A stretch of 32,000 bases of DNA from Promethearchaeum syntrophicum. GTDB taxonomy: Archaea; Asgardarchaeota; Lokiarchaeia; Sigyniarchaeales; Promethearchaeaceae. Shown piece by piece: positions 19,108 through 27,937 of the stretch (the first letter of the stretch is position 1; each line of letters starts with the position of its first letter). The stretch covers positions 3,750,001-3,782,000 of the forward strand of contig NZ_CP042905.2 of the NCBI RefSeq assembly GCF_008000775.2. The letters are read 5' to 3'. The notes beneath the pieces were generated by a model. That model had not been told where the DNA came from. It ran no database searches and saw only the letters and a program-made list of their open reading frames with translations. The position numbers and the translations under genes were made by a program.

Positions 19108-20688
19108 CTACAGATAATCCTTCGGTTTTTCCCATTGTGCTTTCTTCGCAAATTTTTTTACTTCTCGTTGTGCCCTTCTTAAAGGGGCTAAAGTTCCCGG
19201 TCCTCCCACGCACCCATTAGGGCAAGCCATTCCTTCAACAATCAATGGTTTTGGATCGAGTGCTCCTTTTTTGATTTGATTTAATAAACTCATACAGTTT
19301 TTTAAAGTATCTGCAGATACAATTGGAATCTCAACATCTTGTCCAATAATTGCTTTGGTTTGCTCAAGTACTGCATTTGCTACTCCACCAGCAACGGGAA
19401 AACCTCTTCCCAGTGAAGAAGCATCTTGCATCTCCTTTTCTGGGGGAATTTTTGTAGGATCTATTGTAAAAGCTTGAAAAATGGCGACTAGTTCTTCAAA
19501 AGTCATTACAAAATCCACGACTTCTGCCACATTTGGGATGAAACACTCTTCCTTTTTAGATATACATGGTCCAATGAATACAACAATAGCATCTGGAGTA
19601 TCTTTTTTGATCTTTTTTGCAATTTCTACCATTGGAGCAAATGATTCAGAAATATTTAGTTTAGATAATTCAGGATAATTTTTCTCTGCAGCCAATGCCC
19701 ATGAGGTACAACAACTGGTTCCGATGAATGTTCGACAATTACTTTCAGATTCTTCATTCTCTTTACAATTTTCCCGTTTTTTAATTAATTCGACCAATTC
19801 TTCAGTTTCATTCATCACAACTACATCAGCTCCATAGGCCACTTCTCGAACATCCATAAAACCGACTTCTTTTAAAGCACCTTTTAATTTGCCTGGGGTG
19901 ACTAAAGGTCCAAATTGACTTACAAACGCAGGAGCAATTTCTGCAACAACAGGTTTTTTTCCTTTAAGCGCTGAAATTATTTGGACGATTTCTGATTTTT
20001 CTGCAATTGCTCCAAAAGGACAAGACACAATACACATTCCGCAAGAAACACATTTATTTTGGTCGATATCCGCAAAACCGTCTTTATCTGAACTGATTGC
20101 TTTTACCCCGCATGCCGCTGCACATGGTCTTTCTCGGTATGCAATTGCGTTGTATGGACACACTTGCTCACATTTACCACATCTTATACAAAGATCTTGA
20201 TCTATATGGGATCTGTTATTAATTATCGAAACCGCATTTTTTGGACAAACTATCGTGCAAGGGTGAGCAATACAACCTCTACATAAATCAGTAACAATAT
20301 AAGAATGTTCAGGGCAACGTTCACATCCAACTTTTATGACATTCACAATAGGCTTTTTAATCACTTTCTTATCGGTTAAGGAATATATAACATCATCATC
20401 ATTAATCGGTCCATGAGCGCCGAATTCCCTTAAATCCATTCCGAACGCAAGCCTGACTCGTTCTCTAACAACTGCACGTTCCTTGAATACCGATTCTCGA
20501 TATGTTGGAGTATCTTTATCAATAATTTGATATGGAATATGCTCAATATATGTCGGTGGTTTATTTTCTACGACCATTCGAGCAACAGCTGAAAGAACCC
20601 GCCTTCGAATATCAATTACCGGCGTGTATAGACCGCGCGTTTTTTCAAATATATTTAATCTGGGTAACGGCATATTAAAATCCTTCAA
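19108..20688 (-). CDS. Monomeric-type [FeFe] hydrogenase catalytic subunit (group-B-like) with multiple [4Fe-4S] motifs
   Basis: H-cluster motifs L1 GTSCCTSW, L2 IGPCISKKEE, L3 EGMACPNGCVGGPG; ferredoxin motifs CIRCGKCEQVCP and CVSCGMCIVSCP; N-terminal DIRRRVLSAVARMV...YRESVFKERAVVRERVRLAFG. Confidence 0.88.
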   Translation of the reverse strand: MKDFNMPLPRLNIFEKTRGLYTPVIDIRRRVLSAVARMVVENKPPTYIEHIPYQIIDKDTPTYRESVFKERAVVRERVRLAFGMDLREFGAHGPINDDDVIYSLTDKKVIKKPIVNVIKVGCERCPEHSYIVTDLCRGCIAHPCTIVCPKNAVSIINNRSHIDQDLCIRCGKCEQVCPYNAIAYRERPCAAACGVKAISSDKDGFADIDQNKCVSCGMCIVSCPFGAIAEKSEIVQIISALKGKKPVVAEIAPAFVSQFGPLVTPGKLKGALKEVGFMDVREVAYGADVVVMNETEELVELIKKRENCKENEESESNCRTFIGTSCCTSWALAAEKNYPELSKLNISESFAPMVEIAKKIKKDTPDAIVVFIGPCISKKEECFIPNVAEVVDFVMTFEELVAIFQAFTIDPTKIPPEKEMQDASSLGRGFPVAGGVANAVLEQTKAIIGQDVEIPIVSADTLKNCMSLLNQIKKGALDPKPLIVEGMACPNGCVGGPGTLAPLRRAQREVKKFAKKAQWEKPKDYL

Positions 20689-20693
20689 AATTT

Positions 20694-20954
20694 TTACTTT
20701 TTATTGGTCCCATCAATCATTTTAGATAACATATCAATTAATCGCTCTGGAGTCATTTTAGGATATATCTTACCATTAATTTCCACTACAGGAGATTGTT
20801 TTCCTAAATCTCCGCAAGTTTCACGGCATTCTACACCTTCTATTTGACAATTGTTCGAAATCTTTGGATCATTTTCAACAAGATCAAGCAATTCTTGTCC
20901 ACCATGAACCAAACAATTCATACCACAGCAAATTTTTACACTAATAGGTTCCAT
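20694..20954 (-). CDS. Thioredoxin-like [2Fe-2S] ferredoxin (NuoE/HydC-fold small protein)
   Basis: VKICCGMNCLVHGG ... CQIEGVECRETCGDLGKQSPVVEING...YPKMTPERLIDML; Cys-x4-Cys plus Cys-x3-Cys. Starts 5 bp upstream of the hydrogenase. Confidence 0.8.
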   Translation of the reverse strand: MEPISVKICCGMNCLVHGGQELLDLVENDPKISNNCQIEGVECRETCGDLGKQSPVVEINGKIYPKMTPERLIDMLSKMIDGTNKK

Positions 20955-21312
20955 TAATTTCTCTCCAATTTATATAAGTTGTATTATCCCTAATTTAATT
21001 TTATCTTTTAATCGAAAGATTACCCCTCCCTTTAGGTAGGGACTGATTTTCGAGGAAGGGAGGTATTGTACAAAAAATATTTCCCATAATATCAAATATG
21101 GATTATTTATTAGATTTTGGCTTGCATTCTGTATTCCCACTTTCATATCATTTAGTTTTCGTTGTGTTATATCGAAGAAAAATTTTTAATAATGAGAATC
21201 ATGGAAAAAAGTGAATTTTTTCATTCTTGTATCTTATGATTTTTTCTAAGATCATATCCTACTAAACTTAGACTCTGGCATCTTTTATTATATAAAACGT
21301 TAATACAATACT

Positions 21313-22503
21313 ATGCAACTCGTTCGCCAAATTCAAATGAATCGATCTCGTCTGTTGGATGAGATTTCCTTTCGTTCCAAGAATTTGTTCAATGTTGCAA
21401 CCTATAAAATACGACAACGATTTTTTGAAGAGGGAAAATGGATTCGATATAATTAATTGTGGAAAACGCTTAAAAACCATGAAGCATACCAATCTCTTCA
21501 AAAGATGTGTGGATCACATCCCCCTCAACAGGTTCTCAAACAAGTGGATCGAAATTTTAAATCATTTTTTAAAGCGATCAAAGTCTGGAAAAAAACACCC
21601 TTCAAATTCACATCCATGCCTAAACTCCCCCATTATAAACGTAAAGATGGAAGAAATTTGGTCTACTTTACTAGTTTACAATGTTGGTTAAAAAATGGGT
21701 ATGTATTGCTGACACAAAAGATGATGAATTCAGGTTTTCCGAAAATCCCAACGGATTTACCTTGTGTGAAAGGGGTTCGCATTGTCCCCTTTGGAGATCG
21801 ATACAACATCGAATTAATCTATAATTATAACCCCCAAAACTTACACTTAAACAAATCACATATTCTGGGTATCGATTTAGGACTAGCAAACATCGTAACT
21901 GCATCAGATAACATTGGAAATGTTCCATTGATTATCAAAGGCGGTGTTGTAAAGTCAATAAATCAATTCTATAATAAAGAATTGGCTAAGTATAAATCAT
22001 TGTCTAAAAAATGTAATGATAAACACATTACTAATCGAATTTTAAAGATCCATCGTAAACGCAATAATAAAATACGCGACTTTTTTCATAAAACATCTCG
22101 TAAAATCGTAAATCATTGCATTGAAAACGATATTGGTACGATAGTTCTCGGATATAACGAAGGATGGAAACAAAACATTAACATCGGTAAAAAAAATAAT
22201 CAAAATTTTGTTTCGATTCCATTTCTAAAGCTAATTCAACAAATCGAATATAAAAGTAAGATGTTCGGTATCGATGTGGTTAGAATCACTGAAGAATTCA
22301 CATCGCAAACCTGTTCGCATTGTGGTATTGTTAAAAAATCCAATCGGAAACATCGGGGATTATATGTGTGTTCTGAATGTGGATTGGTTCTCAATGCTGA
22401 TGTGAATGCAAGTAAAAACATATTACAAAAAGGAATCCCTAAGTCCATCTGGATAGGGGATAGAGGGCGTTTGGGCCGCCCAATAGTGTTAAAAATCTTG
22501 TAA
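21313..22503 (+). pseudogene. tnpB: TnpB RNA-guided nuclease homolog split by an in-frame TAA (21454-21456); the ORF track shows only the C-terminal 348 aa (from TTG 21457)
   Basis: RuvC motifs GIDLGL, RITEE and NADVNASKN plus zinc finger CSHC...CSEC. The same frame upstream of the TAA reads MQLVRQIQMNRSRLLDEISFRSKNLFNVATYKIRQRFFEEGKWIRYN*LWKTLKNHEAYQSL, continuing into QQVLKQVDRNFKSFFKAIK. Confidence 0.82.
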
Positions 22504-22554
22504 AAGAAGATCTTTAACCCCGGAATCCACTTCTTTCAGGAAGGGGGAGTTCAA
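21313..22554 (+). mobile_element. IS200/IS605-superfamily (IS1341-like, TnpB-only) element; right end near 22554, left end not firmly placed
   Basis: TnpB ORF followed by an RE-like hairpin 'ccacttctttcaggaaggggg' and 'agttcaa' at 22526-22554. No TnpA seen upstream. Confidence 0.75.
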
Positions 22555-22725
22555 TCTTTCGCATTACTTTTCCAATCTTTCTCTTGGAGTGATGAAGCAA
22601 TTTTTAAAGGAGTTGTGCGAAAAACTTTTTTATCTTGGTAAACTTTTCTAACTTGCATTGTTAAATAGAAAAAATCTATTAAGTAGGTTGTGTTTCTATC
22701 AAACAAATTATCCGAATCATGTAAA

Positions 22726-22797
22726 GGGGTGTTAGTCTAGTCGTATGATGGTGGCCTCCAGAGTCACTGGTCGCGGGTTCAATTCCCACACACCCCA
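22726..22797 (+). tRNA. tRNA-Trp (anticodon CCA, 22758-22760), no intron
   Basis: GGGGTGT/ACACCCC acceptor (7 bp), anticodon stem GTGGC/GTCAC with loop CTCCAGA, T-arm GCGGG-TTCAATT-CCCAC (one C:A mismatch), discriminator A. Confidence 0.9.
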
Positions 22798-22947
22798 TAT
22801 TTTTCTTTCGAATTTTTAAATTATTTTAAGATTGCGATTATGCTAATTGAGATTAATAATTTTAAGATTTTACATTAAAGACATCAATGTCGGCATGATT
22901 ATTCATAATTTATTTATCATTTCTGTCTTCGTAGCGAATAAGATTTT

Positions 22948-23814
22948 ATGCAAGCTAGATCTTTATTTATCTATATAGAATTAACAAAAAAATTGAATTT
23001 TATGAGAAACATTGCTGAAAGTTATGCGGAATCCCCGAAATTTGTTCGAAAAATGCTATGGAAAATATGGCATAATTATTTAATTTCACGAGATCCTGAA
23101 TTTGAAATTAAATATATGAATTACGGATATGCTGATTTAGATAATATACTAGATCCCCTTGAATTGAAAGAAGAAGATAAATCGGAAAATTATTGTTTAA
23201 ATTTATACTATCAAGATATTGCGGGTAATAATATCAGAGGAAAAGAAGTATTAGAAGTTGGTTGTGGTCGTGGGGGAGGAGCATCTTTTATTTCCCGATA
23301 TTTTCATCCAAAAACCTATATTGGTTTGGATTTATCCAAAAAAGCAATAAAATTTTGTAATTCCAATTATAATGTTCCTGGCTTGAGTTTTGTTCGAGGC
23401 AGCGCGGATGATTTACCGTTTGAAGATAATTCTTTTGATGATGTTATAAACGTAGAATCATCACGTTGTTATGCAGATATGGATGGTTTTTTATCTGAAG
23501 TGCATCGAGTTCTAAAGCCTAACGGTTTTTTATTATTTTCAGATATGAGAACTGTAGAAGGAAATGAATTATTGAAAGAGCAATTTAAAAACGCTCATTT
23601 AAAAATTATTGTAGAGAAGAATATTCTTCCAAATGTTCTGGAGGCTTTAAATTTAGATAATGAACGGAGAAAACATTTAATTCTTAAAAAAGCTCCCAAA
23701 TTTCTTCAAAAATCAGCCAATGAATTTTCTGGTTTAATTGGAACTGAAAGGTATCGACTATTTGATGACGGAATAATGAATTACTATCATTATACTCTTC
23801 AGAAAGTCGAATAA
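22948..23814 (+). CDS. Class I SAM-dependent methyltransferase
   Basis: VLEVGCGRGGGASF, YIGLDLSKKAI, GSADDLPFEDNSFDDVINVESS, VHRVLKPNGFLLFSD. Confidence 0.92.
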   Translation: MQARSLFIYIELTKKLNFMRNIAESYAESPKFVRKMLWKIWHNYLISRDPEFEIKYMNYGYADLDNILDPLELKEEDKSENYCLNLYYQDIAGNNIRGKEVLEVGCGRGGGASFISRYFHPKTYIGLDLSKKAIKFCNSNYNVPGLSFVRGSADDLPFEDNSFDDVINVESSRCYADMDGFLSEVHRVLKPNGFLLFSDMRTVEGNELLKEQFKNAHLKIIVEKNILPNVLEALNLDNERRKHLILKKAPKFLQKSANEFSGLIGTERYRLFDDGIMNYYHYTLQKVE

Positions 23815-23881
23815 GTTTTTTTCTCCTTATGACTTTGAGAGCGATAATATTAAGGTTTTGAAAAGTTTTTTTCTTTGATTA

Positions 23882-24682
23882 ATGATGGAAGTAAGCATTC
23901 AAGAACAGATCGCCCAAATTGTCCGTTATACATTGAAATTTAGATCTGAGATTAGTCATCAAATTCTTGATTCAGTATATCCAGAGCGAAATTTAAAAGA
24001 TTTTGAAACAATAGAAAATAAATTTCCGGGAATCATTGATAATATAGCGAAAATTGCCTATGAAGAAACTTTTGGCCAAGTGTCTGGAAGTAATCTAACT
24101 AGATCTTTGAAAATTAAAAATTTTATGAGTAAGAGATATGATCACTTGAGAGAAATAATAGGTGAAAAACGGTTTGATAAATTTGTGGATTTTCCTGAAA
24201 AGATTCGAACTTGGCGTCACCAAAATCTCTCAGAACAGCAAATTGAAATCAGATTTGTAAAAAGTGTCATTCAACTCTATTTAACTGCAGCCAAACGAGA
24301 TCTTGCAGTATTTCAGGTTGAATTATTGCCATTATTTCGCGAATGGATTAAAATTTCACTAGAATCAAATAACAAAAACAAATATGCTATAGATCCGCTT
24401 ACTTTAGATAAAATCACGCGAAAATTTCTACGTACTATTGATTTGGGGCGTGTAGAAGATGAATTTAAACATATTCTTCGTGACCTACAAACCTATAGTA
24501 TGCTTATTTTCTTTGTAAAAAAATATCCCGATTATAGTTTTATTAATGAGGGTGCTGAATTGGTTTCAAATCTTGACAATATTCGTAAAATCATAGAAAA
24601 TGTTATTCAAAAATTACAGAATGTTCCTAAAATCGATGAATTAATCTTTCAATCCTATAAGCTATTACAAAAAGAAAATTAA
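23882..24682 (+). CDS. Hypothetical, predominantly helical protein (266 aa)
   Basis: Complete ORF; no recognised motif. Confidence 0.55.
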   Translation: MMEVSIQEQIAQIVRYTLKFRSEISHQILDSVYPERNLKDFETIENKFPGIIDNIAKIAYEETFGQVSGSNLTRSLKIKNFMSKRYDHLREIIGEKRFDKFVDFPEKIRTWRHQNLSEQQIEIRFVKSVIQLYLTAAKRDLAVFQVELLPLFREWIKISLESNNKNKYAIDPLTLDKITRKFLRTIDLGRVEDEFKHILRDLQTYSMLIFFVKKYPDYSFINEGAELVSNLDNIRKIIENVIQKLQNVPKIDELIFQSYKLLQKEN

Positions 24683-24724
24683 AAAAAAACCATAAGTTAC
24701 TTTGAATTTTAAAATGCTAATATT

Positions 24725-25489
24725 TCAATGCATTTCAAGGATTTTTGACAAAAATTTCTTCAATCTTTCATTAGATGGGTTCTCAAAAACATCGCCTGGG
24801 GGTCCCCTATATATAATTTCTCCCTCATCCATAAAAATAACTCGGGTAGCCATTTCTTTCGCAAAAGGAATTTCGTGAGTAACAATAACGAGAGTATAAT
24901 GGAAATCAGTAACTAATTTCTTCATCACAGACAGAACTTCTCCAGTCAACTCTGGATCCAAAGCTGAAGTCGGTTCATCAAAAAATATCAGTTTTGGTCG
25001 CATTGCTAAAACTCTAGCAATTGCTACTCGTTGTTGTTGACCTCCGGATAATTCTCCAGGATAGCTATCTTCTTTTTCTGAAAGATTAACTGCCCTTAAG
25101 TTATCCTTAACCCTTTTCTCAATGTCATCTTCAGAAAGTCTTAATACCTTTTTTAAAGGTAAAGCTATGTTTTCCCCTACTGTTAAATGCAAGAAGAGGT
25201 TGAAAGCTTGGAACACCATACCAATATTTTTTCTTACATCATCAATATTGATCTCTTTATCGGTAATTTCTACACCATCAAAAAAAACCTGTCCGGATGT
25301 TGGTTCAATCAAACGATTCATACATCTGAGTAAAGTTGATTTGCCAGAACCACTACTTCCGATGATAACCAACACTTCTTTAGGCATTATTTTTAATGAT
25401 ACACCTGGTGTCTTAATAGCTTCAAAATCTTTAAATTTTTTAGTTAGATTTCTAACTTCAATCAATGGTTGTTCAGTCATTTGCAACAC
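24725..25489 (-). CDS. Polar amino-acid ABC transporter ATP-binding protein
   Basis: Walker A GSSGSGKST, signature LSGGQQQR, Walker B LIFFDEPTSALDP, H-switch VTHE. Confidence 0.95.
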   Translation of the reverse strand: MLQMTEQPLIEVRNLTKKFKDFEAIKTPGVSLKIMPKEVLVIIGSSGSGKSTLLRCMNRLIEPTSGQVFFDGVEITDKEINIDDVRKNIGMVFQAFNLFLHLTVGENIALPLKKVLRLSEDDIEKRVKDNLRAVNLSEKEDSYPGELSGGQQQRVAIARVLAMRPKLIFFDEPTSALDPELTGEVLSVMKKLVTDFHYTLVIVTHEIPFAKEMATRVIFMDEGEIIYRGPPGDVFENPSNERLKKFLSKILEMH

Positions 25490-26393
25490 CTAATCCTGGA
25501 ATCCGTAATTTAATTTCAAGCTTTTTAGTAAGTTTTGATGAACTATAGGCAAGTACAAAATAATAGAGGGCTGCAATGAGAAACACAGGCCATAAGAAAT
25601 ATCTTGCTTGCAAACTTTGCGATCTTTTAGTTATTTCAGTAACTCCAATCGCTGAAGTTAAAGAACTATTCAATAGAACGTTAATAATTTCATTTGTCAA
25701 TGGTGGAACAATCATTCTAACAGCTTGAGGAAGAACAACATAACGCATTGTTTGAGTAGTTGTTAATCCTAATGCTCTCGCTGCTTCGGTTTGCCCTATC
25801 GGAATTGCCAATATTCCACTTCGGATGATTTCAGCTTGATATGCTGCAGTATTTAATGATAAAGCAAGAGTTCCAGCAAAAATTTCTGTTGAAATACCCA
25901 TATCTCGAATTAGTGAAATTACTCCAGAAGGGAGGCCGAAATATACCAATAATATTTGCACAAGTAAGGGTGTTGATCTAAAAAAATCCACGTAAAATTG
26001 TGCGGCCATTTTTAATCCAAAAAGTTTAGTTCTATTTACAAGAATTACTGCAAGGAAAATAGCAAAAATGAAACCTACTACAACACTAATAATACTAATC
26101 CAAAAAGTTAATGAAGCTCCAGTAGCCAATCCTTCTAAAATAGTAGGCATACGATAATCTATTGAAGCCAGATCCTCTCCAAATGGCAAAACTAAAAGGT
26201 CAATTATCCATAAAATAGGGGCAAAATAAGTAAGTTCAGGATTTATCCACGACATTATAATTCCAATAATTATTATCAATATAAATCCTGAAAAAAACCA
26301 CCATCCAATATTCTTGCGTGTTAAACGAACTTTACTAAAAATTTTTTTAAAATTAAATTTTCTACTAATTATTTCTTGGTTTTCATTTTCCAT
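25473..26393 (-). CDS. Polar amino-acid ABC transporter permease
   Basis: Multiple TM helices; DFFRSTPLLVQ, EIIRSGILAIPIGQTEAARALGLTTTQTMRYVVLPQAVR. Overlaps the ATPase ORF by 17 bp. Confidence 0.94.
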   Translation of the reverse strand: MENENQEIISRKFNFKKIFSKVRLTRKNIGWWFFSGFILIIIIGIIMSWINPELTYFAPILWIIDLLVLPFGEDLASIDYRMPTILEGLATGASLTFWISIISVVVGFIFAIFLAVILVNRTKLFGLKMAAQFYVDFFRSTPLLVQILLVYFGLPSGVISLIRDMGISTEIFAGTLALSLNTAAYQAEIIRSGILAIPIGQTEAARALGLTTTQTMRYVVLPQAVRMIVPPLTNEIINVLLNSSLTSAIGVTEITKRSQSLQARYFLWPVFLIAALYYFVLAYSSSKLTKKLEIKLRIPGLGVAND

Positions 26394-26490
26394 ATTATTT
26401 AATTTCTCCTTTGAGTATAATAAGTATTTATTTCGAATTTCATTTGTTTAAATGGAAAAAAATGGAAAAAAAATTAAGAAAAAAACACAT

Positions 26491-27456
26491 CTAATCCTTT
26501 TTTCTTTTTATTTTTAGAATTATTCCAAAAGTAGCTACCGGAATTACTACAATCAATGATAAAATTGATGCACCACTAATAATGTTACCACCAGTTGCTT
26601 TATATGAATCAAGTGCAATTTTTAAAGCAGCCTCATCAACTGAAGCGCTCGCATTCATCCATTTATAATGGGTTTCATTATAATAATCAGAGAATACAGG
26701 ACTAGATTCATTAGTTCCTAATAATTTATCCAATGCAGTATTCATTCTATCTACTAGTGCAGTTGAACCTTTCTGACATGCAATCCCAAAAGCTTCAGGA
26801 CTGAATCGGTCAACGATTTCAAAATTTCCTGGATTTATGGCTTGTCCAGCCACTAATGTAGCATCATCACCTAAAACTACATCAACAGCACCAGAATCTA
26901 ATGCTTCAATTGCGAGTGTAATTGTTGCATATGTAACCATTTCCGATACATATTCTTCATCTTCTAAATACCATTGACTAGTTGTAGTGGCTTGTACCCC
27001 AACTTTAACACTAGTATCATTTACATCTCCTATTGTAGAAATATTCTTTGGATTAGCAGTTGTTACCATTACTGATTGGGTACTAAAGTAATACCATCGA
27101 GTAAAATCCATTGATTCCATTCGTTCAGATGTAATAGTGACAGCTGACATAACACAATCATAATTCCCTGCTGCTAAGCTTGTGAAAATTACATCCCATG
27201 ATACATCTCTATATTCAATCTCAATATCCATATCCTCTGCTATAAAAGCCATTATATCAGGATCAAAACCGTAAATCTCTTCGGTTGTAGTATTTTTCAT
27301 TTCAAATGGCGGATATCCTGCTTCACATGCAACTACCATCTTTCCTGCCGTAATAATATCATCAAGGCTTGTAACCTCTGCAGCTGAAGCGACAGAGATA
27401 GATGGGATTAATAATGCAAACATGAATATCCCAATAATTAATTTCTTGTTTTTCAA
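26491..27456 (-). CDS. Amino-acid ABC transporter substrate-binding protein (family 3) with signal peptide and C-terminal TM anchor
   Basis: Signal-like MKNKKLIIGIFMFALLIPSISVASA; MVVACEAGYPPFEM, GFDPDIMAFIAED, AIEALDSGAVDVVLGD; C-terminal ASILSLIVVIPVATFGIILKIKRKKD. Confidence 0.92.
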   Translation of the reverse strand: MKNKKLIIGIFMFALLIPSISVASAAEVTSLDDIITAGKMVVACEAGYPPFEMKNTTTEEIYGFDPDIMAFIAEDMDIEIEYRDVSWDVIFTSLAAGNYDCVMSAVTITSERMESMDFTRWYYFSTQSVMVTTANPKNISTIGDVNDTSVKVGVQATTTSQWYLEDEEYVSEMVTYATITLAIEALDSGAVDVVLGDDATLVAGQAINPGNFEIVDRFSPEAFGIACQKGSTALVDRMNTALDKLLGTNESSPVFSDYYNETHYKWMNASASVDEAALKIALDSYKATGGNIISGASILSLIVVIPVATFGIILKIKRKKD

Positions 27457-27860
27457 TTTAGATCACCTTTTTATATTTAAAAAAATGCAAGTCGTTTAAT
27501 TTGCGATTAAAAGTTAGCTGAGTACAAATATAAAAGTTTGCTTCTGTTTTTTAGTTAAATTTGTTAGTATTTTAACCAAAAGTGAGCTTAAGAAAGATTT
27601 TTACTCAAAATGTAAAATTTTCACCACGTTTTTTCTGAAATGGGAAAAGAATGGGAGAAATACAAATATGGACCAATTTTATTGATAAAATTGAGGTTTT
27701 AGAACAAAATTGTATCTGCTTCAAATTATCTAAATTGGTTTACCATATGATTCTTTTTTTGAAAAAAATATCCCATTATGCATGGGGAATAAATTTTTTT
27801 TAAGCTTTGTAGCTTAATCCCAAAAACCATAAATGAAAATATAAAGCACTTTTGATGTAT

Positions 27861-27893
27861 TTATAATGTAATTATAATGCAATTATAATGCAC
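27861..27893. repeat. Three tandem copies of an 11-bp motif TTATAATG(T/C)A(A/C)
   Basis: ttataatgtaa / ttataatgcaa / ttataatgcac at 27861, 27872 and 27883, ending 44 bp before the ATG at 27938. Confidence 0.85.
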
Positions 27894-27937
27894 ATCCTTA
27901 AATAGAAGCGAAATTTTTAATCCTTGGTTTTATAAAC

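Noticed and set aside
19481-19678. Plus ORF within the [FeFe] hydrogenase gene
   Set aside because: Shadow of the hydrogenase.
21454-21456. In-frame stop in tnpB considered as recoding like the putative selenoprotein
   Set aside because: The codon is TAA rather than TGA or TAG, with no Sec/Pyl context; treated as a nonsense mutation or alternative start.
21359-21691. 110-aa plus ORF upstream of and overlapping tnpB, considered as TnpA or a frameshifted TnpB N-terminus
   Set aside because: Its translation shows no HUH/Tyr transposase motif. The genuine TnpB N-terminus is in the other frame (21313-21453), the same frame as the main ORF.
21268-22448. Minus ORFs 21268-21501, 21671-21928 and 22236-22448
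   Set aside because: Antisense shadows of the TnpB element.
25122-25493. 123-aa plus ORF
   Set aside because: Antisense to the ABC ATPase.
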